From positions 16,120,001 through 16,184,000 of the forward strand of contig CAIIXF020000001.1 in NCBI GenBank assembly GCA_903813345.2: a stretch of DNA of 64,000 bases. The letters run 5' to 3'. Below, one piece after another: positions 1-10,400 of the stretch. A program made the translations under genes and the position numbers. This stretch comes from Owenia fusiformis (taxonomy: Eukaryota). The notes beneath the pieces were generated by a model, which was not told where the DNA came from, searched no databases, and saw only the letters and a list, made by a program, of their open reading frames with translations. Numbering within the stretch: position 1 is the stretch's first letter; the number at the start of each line of letters is the position of its first letter.

Positions 1-532
1 AAATTCTAAAATAAAACCAATTAATCAGTGAGAAACAGATAACAGCAACGCTGAGTCTAGCAAATCCCATCGAACAGCCAGGACTGCCCTTTTTGGGAAA
101 TGACTGCCTGTAAGGGAAATTGTCATTAGACATTGTAATATGCTTTTAAGTACTTACATATGAAATTTGAACAAAATGGCTCCACTACTTTTCCATTGCT
201 GCAATTTTCTGAAATGCCTGTATATTAGGCAAATTGTCATTGACAGTGTAATATTTTTCTAAGTATTCACATATAATTTCAACAAAATCGCTCAACTTTT
301 TTTTCATTTATAGCAAAAAAACGTAAAATAACACACATAAAAATGGCCAGTGTAATAAAACAGGGTAGCATGCTTTAGGAGTATTCAGGTATCAAATATA
401 AACAAAATCGCTCGAGTAATGGCTGCCATTTCTCAAGATGGCCACAATGCATTTTCAAAAATAATTAGAATTTCAACAAATCGATATCCTATATATTTCT
501 AAAAATATAACCATGGAATTCAAGTACTTAAC

Positions 533-2661
533 CTGTTTATATTTCTGTTTTATATCCTCAGTTGAGTCTCCTTTTGCCAGGCCCATAATACCCAGGAATG
601 CAGTCAGAAAACAGGGGGCAAAAAATAGCTGAAACAAAAGATCACACAATAGCAATTTTAATTTATATAACTGATGCCAATCCATTCACCTGATTATATA
701 TGATTATTTTTGAAAAAAACAGATAAAAAATAAAATGGAACTTACAAAATCGGTTTCAAATGATATAAAAAATTGTATGGTATGGTACTAGACATGGTAA
801 CAGCGGAAGCATTGAAGCAAGGACCATATTGTATGTTTCTGTTGACTAATGTATTGAAACATCTCTATTATTCAGGACCTACAATTACAAGATGACAAGA
901 AAACTTGATACATATGTGTACCTGGTCAAATGAGACTTTCCCTAGTGCTGCTAGATTTGCATTCTTTGGCTTGACTACCTTATCCAGCACTCCATACCAG
1001 CCTCTTAATACAGGGCCCTGGAAAGTTAAAGTATGTGTAAAAAGAATTCACAGAGATCCTGTAGTGGGCTCATATGGTAAATAATTGGTGTAAATTTACC
1101 CTCATAAAATGGATATAAGCATTCGGTCAGATGTATGACTTTTCATTTGTCCAAAACTGGATGGATGTGTGAATGTATGGATGGATGGATGGACAGACGG
1201 ACGGTCAAGTTGGTGATTCAAAAGGATCAGAGCAAAGTCAAACTCTGGGTTTATATCTGAATTCTAAATAGGGTTATAAGTGAAACTAGCTAGTAATAAA
1301 TGGTGGCCAGTATCAATCTATAATCAGAACAACGGCAACGCCAAAGCGTAGCGAATCCCATAGAACAGAAATGACTGGCATTTTTACAAACAAAATATAT
1401 AGCAAATATCATAAAATAACACACATAAGAAAGGCCACCATTTTCAAAATGGTTGCTCACTAGCCAAGTTGTCATCAGAAGAAGTAATATGCTTTTTTTT
1501 ATAGTATTCACATACCAAATATGAACAAAATCGCTCCACTACTTTTCGAGTAATGGTTTAAAATACTTCAAAATGGTGGCCATTTTTCAAAATGGCCGCC
1601 TTCTACCAAAAATGTCATTAAACAGTGTGCCATGCTTATAGTATTCACATACCAAATATGAACAAAATCACTCCACTACTTTTCAAGTTACAGCAAAAAT
1701 CGTTAAATAGCGAATAAAGGCCGAGTAAATTACGTTTAAATGGCGGCCATTTTTCAAAATGGCCGCCTTCTACCAAAAGTGTCATTAGACAGGGTACCAT
1801 GCTTATAGTATTCACATACCAAATATGAACAAAATCGCTCCACTACTTTTCGAGTTATAGGAAAATAAGTTAAAATGGCGACCATTTTTCAAAATGGCTG
1901 CTTCTACCAAAAGTGTCATTAGACAGTGTGCCATGCTTATAGTATTCACATACCAAATATGAACAAAATCGCTCCACTACTTTTTGAGTTATAGTAAAAT
2001 ATGTTAAAATGGTGGCCATTTTTCAAAATGGCTGCTTCTACCAAAAATGTCATTAGACAGTGAGTCATGCTTATAGTATTCACATACCAAATATGAACAA
2101 AATCGATCTACTACTTCTTGAGTTACAGCAAAAATCGTAAAATAACGAGTAAAGGCCGCCATTTTTTAAGATGGCTGCCATGTGCTTCTTTAATATCTAC
2201 ATTTTTAGCTTTATCAAAGTCCTACATAATTTTTTTACATTTAAAACATATTGCTATTACAGTTTTACATATTGCACCTAAATTACTGTAAAATCAGCAC
2301 TAAAATGGCCGCCATTTTTAAATGAGCGGCCATTTTGAAAATCGGCTTTAGAGCAGAACTTCTACCCCCATAGGGTATATGTGTACAAAATATGAACAAA
2401 ATCGGGCCAACGGTATTTGAGTTATTGCCCGGACGGACGGACGGATGGACGTACGGACGGACGTACGCATGGATGGACGTACGTACGTACGGACAGAGGC
2501 GTTCCCTATATCCCTCCGAACCTTGTTCGATGGGATAATAAGTGTACTTACTCCAAAAAAGGCTCCGAAACAGAAGAATCTTGCTGACCTCTTTATTTCA
2601 AGTTGTGGTTTTCTTTCAATCAGTTTCTGTGCAATGGCATCTCCTGTAGCCATAATGGCAC
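533..2661 (-). CDS. MPV17: MPV17-family mitochondrial inner-membrane protein, partial. Exons 2661-2552, 1017-922, 628-533; continues beyond window start; first coding exon unresolved
   Basis: Three phase-compatible AG/GT exons give GAIMATGDAIAQKLIE...FCFGAFFG|GPVLRGWYGVLDKVV...KVSFDQ|LFFAPCFLTAFLGIMG...IKQKYKQ. This matches the Mpv17/PMP22 motifs GD..AQ, GP...WY..LD and DQ..FAP. Confidence 0.9.
1283..2540 (+). mobile_element. Helentron-associated (HINE/DINE-1-like) non-autonomous element with an internal ~120-150 bp tandem array
   Basis: About 6 tandem units (aaaatggcggccatttttcaaaatggccgcc...agtattcacataccaaatatgaacaaaatcgctccactac), then a (GACG/GGAC)n microsatellite and a terminal palindrome tatccc-tccgaac..gttcga-tgggata. 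Related fragments lie at ~30-470 and ~15190-16160. Confidence 0.65.
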
Positions 2662-2832
2662 CTGGATAGTAAAGAATCAACATTTAAAATATATTATGCA
2701 GTGATCTCCCGGTAGCTGATATGAGGCCCTTGGATATGTTAACTAAGAAAATTGTTTAATAAAATTCCCTGTTACACTCAATTGGTAATGTGAAGTGAAC
2801 ATATATTTATATAATGCAATAGTGTAAAGAAT

Positions 2833-3110
2833 CGTGGGGAGCAGGAGGGGACTCGCCGGACTGACTAGCAAGCTAGCCTAATGTACACTAGGTGCACCGC
2901 GAATGTGTTCGAGTCCCACCTGATCCTCCCCTGGTTTCTCTATAGGGGTGGTCAGATTGGCGGTTGGGTATCTACCTGTAGCCTACTGAAGGTGTGGCCG
3001 AGCGGAGACCATCTTCGGGCCTGTATCCCCCGGGTGAGGATACCAAGCTCCCTGTGCAAGCAGCAGGAGTAGGCTAGGATCGGTGTCGGAGTGTGTGTGC
3101 AGTCTTGGGG
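2833..3110 (+). other. GC-rich, highly structured island in an MPV17 intron (SINE-like element or unknown ncRNA)
   Basis: Helices gggactcg/cgagtccc (2848/2910), tagcctact/agtaggcta (2979/3068), gtatcc/ggatac and gaaggtg/catcttc; B-box-like GTTCGAGTCC at ~2907. Confidence 0.45.
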
Positions 3111-5477
3111 AATATGATTAATCTGAATGAATTTACACTTAATAAATGACAAACATATGAGTTAAGTTTATATCAATTTAATGTGCTATTATAGCCAAAC
3201 TTACCAAACAATGTATAATAATGTCCAAATAAGCCAGTGTATGAGTTATATGAAATAAAGCCAAAAAGCCCACCCAAAGTTAGAATGTGAAAACGACCCT
3301 CCCCAAAACTGCTAAGAAACACACTAAAGTTGTACTTCCTTGTCCCAGTATATACAGTAACAGTTTAATGTATCAGTTCAATGAACAAACCAATCACATT
3401 ACCGGACAAGGAAGTACCTCCCCTTTAAACCAAGGAACCCCAAAGTAAGAGTGGCTCATACACTGGCTTTTACAAAAATGCATTGATCAATGATTGACAG
3501 AGAACACTATGACACGTGTTCTCTACAATAGTTCTCTCCAATAATTTTCAATATGAGAAAATCCAGGGGATCAGCGGATCACTATTTTCAAATAGTGTAT
3601 CTCAGAACACACAGCATGCATTTCTTTACATTATACCAAACCCTCATCAATGTATAAAACTTAATGACAAACAAAGAAATAGGTCACCAGAAACAGCTTA
3701 CCAGACAAACAAACAAACTTATAAGGTCAATTGAGTACACAAACATGTACAACATGTTCTTACCAATGGGTGATACAGATTTTTCATCCTGAATGCAAGA
3801 TTTCAGGATGGAAATCCAAAATAACCACCTTCACAGCCAGAATGCCAAAAACTGTTCAGTTTGATATTTTCATAAAAAGAATCATCCCTGAAAATTTGAA
3901 ATCAATCTGTCTAATGGTTCACCTGGAAACGCATAGACAAGACTTAAAATGGCTGGAATCTAAATTCAAAAGTTTTGTTGTCAAATAGAACATTGATTTA
4001 CTGCAACAACAGACTGTTGAAGGAACAAAATAAGGTAACAATAAATAAATTATGTATTGATTCAAATATATATAGGGCATTATAAACGCTACTCAGCACA
4101 GCGTTTAGTCAAAATGGGCTCGATTTATTCTCTTCAAGTACACATACATCCAACTTCCCAGAGCTGACTTCTGTCAGCTCAGTAGAGTAATCTTACCATA
4201 TTCTATGGCCACTGAGTGTGGCCATACAATATAAATAAGACACTCTTTGTTGCCTTTAAATTGCAGAGCCGTCTTATTTTTATTTATGTAAACATAATAA
4301 ACTTACCTTCATTGATCTTTACACGCAGTCCTATTTCATAAATTGGTCTACTTCGCAGGATATTTATTCACAAAAGAATTATAACAAAACTGAAAGAAAT
4401 TTTTACAACAAGCGGCCATCTTGACTAAATCGCAATAGCAGAAAAAAAGGCATGCTTTCCAAATGGAGAACGAGACGACGTCTATTTTAAATGAAAACGT
4501 TCAATATCTCATCAACAAGACAAGCTGTTACCATTTCGATTCATGAAATGTTTACAGAACGATTTTTTGAATAATACATACATTTATTGAACGACAGCTT
4601 AAGATTTACAATAGTTCACGGTGTTCCAGATGGAATCACTTCTAGCCAAGAATTGGGTAGAGAATCGAGTAAAAGTAGACTATCACTATGATCCCACAAA
4701 AAATACAAAACCTGTTTGAAGAGCTGTGGTGATTAGTGGACGTTTCTCCAGCAATCGTATGTAACCTCTCCATATTCCTGACATCAATGGACCTCAGTTT
4801 AACGTTGTAGTATGTTTGAAATGGTTTTAATATCGCAAGATGTCAAAAAGTGTGTGAAAATCCGATTTTCAACTTCAGCACAAGTAACTTTCAACAGAGT
4901 CACTAATTAGTCTCGTATTTTTAATAATCAATTTGATATGTGTAAATCTTTATGTAAAATTAATCCTTATATCAAGTAAATATATATTGAAATCCTGTTG
5001 TCATTTAGAACTTATTTGTTACTGTCATTTCTATTGTTTGAAAATAAAATAAAAAACGCATAGTACTCGGGAATCAGGGCTAGTTTTCAGGTTTTGGGGA
5101 TCGATCATTCTTGACATTGTTGATTATTCTGCATTTTCTATGCACACCTGCTAGTATATGAAAACATACTTTTGCTTGGTTTTATAAAATCCATGTGTTA
5201 ATATAACCATAAAAATGTGTTATCAATATCAAACTTATCGTTATTTGAATATCCATTCTTCTTGTGTAAGTTCACATTAGTCTACAATAACTGGATCCAG
5301 AGATTCACCCATTTACTGGATAATCATTTATTTGATACCTTAGTTTCCTTCAATTCCATTGATTCTATGATTTGAAAAATATAAAGCCATCTGTGAACAT
5401 AACACTGGGTATCTAAATAAAACAGCTAATCAAACATTTGGTTAAATGAAGCACGCCACAATTGTTCAAGCTATGTA

Positions 5478-5656
5478 CAGGCCCGTAGCTGGGGGAGGGG
5501 GGGTTCGAGTCCCCCCCCCCCCGCCAAAAATCTCTCAAAATCGTGCAGTTTTTCATCATTCTGGGCACTATTTGGACCAAAATTATCGCAAGTGAAACTC
5601 CCCCCGGAGTTTTTCAAAAAGTGAACCCCCCTTGGCAAATCCTGGCTACGGACCTG
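5478..5656. mobile_element. Short hAT-like MITE (CAGGCCCGTAGC...GCTACGGACCTG)
   Basis: Terminal inverted repeats; second copy starting at 63858; related ends at ~31076 and ~41420-41600. Confidence 0.6.
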
Positions 5657-7436
5657 ATATATCAAATTGGATTATAGAAAGAGGGAGGGGGCATTTTTAT
5701 GATTCATGATACAGCTTCATATTATGTAAGAGTCTTCCAGGTGCTGACAATTAATGCTGTGTAGGGCTGGACCACTAATTCACTATTTTTTTTACTAACC
5801 AAAATATTTTCTAGAAATGCTCCCATAACCCAAGATGAATTGTTTCATGCATAATTTTCATCCATCATTGACACATAATAATAAGTCAGAAAATAATCAT
5901 TCATTGCCATGCATCTGTACATCCCTTCTATTTAATATTGATATTTAAAACTACAATATAAAGTGGGTGAGGGAGGTACACTGCAATTTGTTTTAGTTAG
6001 GCAATATTTGACTTGATTTTTTTTAATATTTTAAAATACTTAAGAGACACCATGGTAAAGCGCTTATTGATGAAGATTTAAATTAATGATCTTGTAGCAG
6101 TACTGAAATGGACACCTTGAATCAACAAAAAACATTTTTAAAATATTACTTTTTATTATTATCACTATCACAATTATATTACTTTAATATCATTCACTTT
6201 CACATACCAGTAAGTTATTGAACATAATTTATTTTAATTTACATTGACATCACATGCCTGGGCACTATAGTATAACCAGACCTCACTATATCGTCTCCTC
6301 ATTCAGAATCTGTGCTTAACTCAAAACTTTTTTCAGATACACCAAGTGTGTTCTGAGCTGACGATATAGCAAGCATTTGTGGATCCATGTTAAGCTTAAC
6401 ATACCACTTGGCTTGCTTATAAATATGGTCTGGTCGATACCCATCATATATACGATACAATTTAATAATTATATGATGTAAAATCAATAGTCTTTCATTA
6501 AGAATCTGTCAATCCCCCCCCCCCCTATTCCCACTGGGATAGAGAGAATGGGTGTGGGGTTGATACAGGGTCTTGATGCAAGCCATTAAAAGGCATTAAG
6601 CCATTACCATGAAAAAATGTCACCACCTTGTAAGTTTTTGCAAATTGTGGTGGTGACATAAAAATCAACACACAGGTACACAGCACATCACAAAATACAA
6701 ACTTTCCTTTAGATTTCTTTCTAAGGACAATATTAAAGTCAGAAGCAACTGATTCATTCTACAGCCATTACTACTACTTAGATGCGACTTAAACTACATA
6801 GTACATACTAGTATACATTTACAAGGATACAAAGCCTGAGAAAAAGAATTAATTTAAGTATTTCGAATTTCCAATTGTACATGACTAGGAATTCTCTGCA
6901 TTATGTAACAAGGCCCTAGATATACAACTGGTATTTGTACAGGACTGACAACATTACTGCATTTCTCATATAAGTATATGTCTTTATAAGTTTAGTACTT
7001 TACAATGTCTTTTGTGACATTAACATTGTTAAGATTACAATATCACAGTTCTGGGTTACTACACTTGCTTAACTGTTAACTTGTGGTGCTGATTTTGGAA
7101 AGTATTTACTTTTCTGCAACAGAAATTCTCACAGTGAGTGCTACTTTGAGTTTTATGAACAAGTCGTTCAACAGTATTTTTTATAGGCCTACCCATGCAT
7201 CAATAAGCCCTGTGAGTCACCTTGCAAGTATATTCAACATAGTGCTATTCTATCTACTAAATAATGGCACAGCCATAATATTGATAAGATTTACCAAAAC
7301 TGAATGATGACAGATATGTATGGACAACATGATTCCACTTCTAATTTGAAGGTTTCAAATTACACAACAAATTCTGGATATATGCTACATTTCTGTCTCC
7401 TGGTGTTTCTCTATATTGTAAATGAGGATAGTCCAG

Positions 7437-10400
7437 CTATGTAAAGTTCTCAGTGATCTGTTTGGGATCCCCATAAACAGCAGCATACATCCCTGGCTGC
7501 AACTTTTCTGCTGTTGATAATACTATGTGGAAATCTCCCTCTTGAGTTAAAGTCATATCTTTCTTAATTTTATTAACATTGCACTTTGTTTTTCCCCTGT
7601 TCCTGAAAGATAACAATATAAAACTTAAATTACAAGTTTATCATGGATAAATGAAACCCATACTACAATAGGACAATTCTTTACAATTAAAAAAATAAGG
7701 TTATCACAAAAATTTCAGTTAGCTAAAAACAAAATTTAAATCAGATGAAATCAATCTAAATCAACTCACGTTAATAATTTGCATATGACAAATGTACAAT
7801 AACTGTGACCATACCCAGTGATGACTTTCTGACCCTTTACAACATTTAAAGTTATAGATACTAACGTGTCTAGTTCTACAAGCTTTATGAGAGAAAGGGC
7901 TCTGCGTTCTAAAGACATGATGAACTGCTCAATATAGGTCTCCCGTATTCCACAGCTTGCCTTCAATTCTGCAAGCTGTAATACAATAAATAAAAAAAAA
8001 ATATACATCCAAGAATAGTGCAAGACACATTAGGCCTTTTCACAGTTTCAGTATACTGTAGATTGGGTTAATTTGGTGCTACTTTATTTGGCAATTTTGC
8101 CATATTGGCGGCTATTTCATTTGGCGAACACTTGGGCTTGGACATTGCTTTGACGGAACAACTTTTATATACACTGAAACAAAACACAAATTGTTACACC
8201 TATTCCTTCAATTCAACTACTATGTCTAGTAGTTTATTAATGACACAACTCCCTGAGCCAATTAAGAAGTGATATGTTCTGATTATTACCCTTATCCTTT
8301 TCAGATTTTGTAAAAACTAAACCATAATTGACTTAAACACACCAAAAGAAATTCCCTGGGTTTCTTTTAAAACTTTGTCAGGATGTAAATTGGCAATTTT
8401 TCAATTTCGCCAAATTCGCCACATTAAAGCGGGCCCCAAATTAACCCAAACTACAGTATGTAAATTCTGTATCTAAAGTCATGACTTGCATTCCAGTTAA
8501 ACAACATCATCAAATTCATTCTTTTAACAAAATAGGGCCATAAAATTCTTCAAAATTCTCCCTTTTCACAAATATACTTTTTCATAAAAAGTTCACATCT
8601 TGTCTGCTATTGCATCACTGCCAATGGTTTGAGAGGTCGTATTTCCTAAAATTGTGTTTTAGCCGAGAAATAATTGATATAAATTGATCATATTTAGCCA
8701 GAATTCAGTTTTCAAATTGTCTTAATGAGTGACCAAGTCAGCTTGACCTTCATGTTTTAGCATACAAGCAATCAATTTCATTCCATATATGGAAAGTGTA
8801 AAAATAGAGCTGTCAATCAAATCTTAGAATGATCAAACATACTAGCTGTTTCAGCTATTTTGTTCAAATGATGGAATATTTCAGTTTTGGAAATATACCA
8901 TTCAAATTGATACTTTAATAAAACATCAGATGTCAATTTTATAGATCAGTGCAATGCCTTGACAAATTATTTGGCAATAGTTTAGAGAAAGTGATAAAAT
9001 TATTCAGATAATGTGAATTTTTCTGCAATTAGTATATATATCATCAATACTTTCAATATTTTATTAGATACCTCAGTTTTTTCAGGAAATTGAAGGGAAC
9101 ATTTTCGCATGATTTAGGGAAAAAGTGTACATTCCATATTTTGCACTCTCTATCAATTGATAACAACACTTTATGTAACTTGTTGTTCCAATTTTGAAAT
9201 AAACCATTCCTCATCATATAATTTTTCTAAAAATGCTAAATGTTTATACTTTCTCAAAGAAAAATTAACTTTTTTTCATTCTTGTGTTCATTCCTCTATG
9301 AATGTGGATAAGCACAATCAATATTTAGGAGATCACCCTTTTTGAACTTGAATTTTCAAAACTTAAATAACTGCACCATATGATAAGGTAAAAGAGATAA
9401 AAAATACCTTTGGTCAAATTCACACATTGCTTCCATTTATGCCAATCATTACACATGTATATCTCTGATTCTGTTTATAATATACTAAAGAATTTTCTGT
9501 TATATGCTTGCTGTGTAATACAAATTGAAGAAATTATATAAAAATGATGAACAAGGCATTAACATGCAAAATGTCACCACCTGCCATTTGTTACAGACAT
9601 CGACTGCCACCTGAACACCAGACACTGACCCCCGAACACAGTCCATTAAAAAGTTGTAGACTATAACACTTGTGGTGGTAACATAAAAAAAATGATGCAA
9701 ATATGGCGATATTATTGGTTACTTACTTCACAGAGAAGTTTTCCAACTAAGGTTTCACCCTCATTATACGGCTTGAATATTTCACTGCAAACATACAGAA
9801 AATTGAAGAAACATGCTATAAAAATTAATTTGTTTTGTGAAGCATGTCATTCATTTGCCTTAGTAAATCACCCAATCAAATATTTCATTCTCATTAAATG
9901 GAAAAATAAATTTATTATTTGATGACTTTATTCCTCATTTTTCGTCAAATGTATTAAAATTTCAAAAACAATTAGGCTAAAAAGAACTTTAAAGAAAACG
10001 AATCCTAGGTGCTTATGTACTTGTAGATAGAGACTAGATGTTCTCACCAGGATTTCTCATATATGGGCAATAATCTTTTCACAATTCTGGTCAAAATAAG
10101 TCAAAATAGGAACAATCATCATTATATACTTCTGTTATTGATGGGGTCCCGCTGAAAATGTAAAAGTAATGGAATTTGACTTTCTCAACCTTTAGCACAT
10201 ACCCCAGGGTCAAAGAATGTATGAGGTGCTTGTCTGAAAAGTGGTCAGTGAATTTTTAATAAACTACTATAGTGGCCCCATTTTTCCATTTTTTGACATA
10301 GAGGCAATAAGTCTGCTTAGAGAATATAAGTATATACTGTACGCCCAGTATTTTTCACGTGCGATTTAGTTTCGCGCTTTTCGCGACTGTATTAAAATCG

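Noticed and set aside
1420-2170. Regular repeat array as a CRISPR-like locus
   Set aside because: Whole units repeat with no unique spacers, there are no cas genes, and the context is a eukaryotic Helentron-type repeat.
2848-2920. tRNA gene or HDV-like ribozyme
   Set aside because: GTTCGA overlaps the closing stem so no T-arm forms; GCGAAT is present but I could not build the HDV double pseudoknot.
3403-3459. First coding exon of MPV17 (MSHSYFG...)
   Set aside because: It ends in phase 0, which is out of frame with both downstream exons and reaches a stop.
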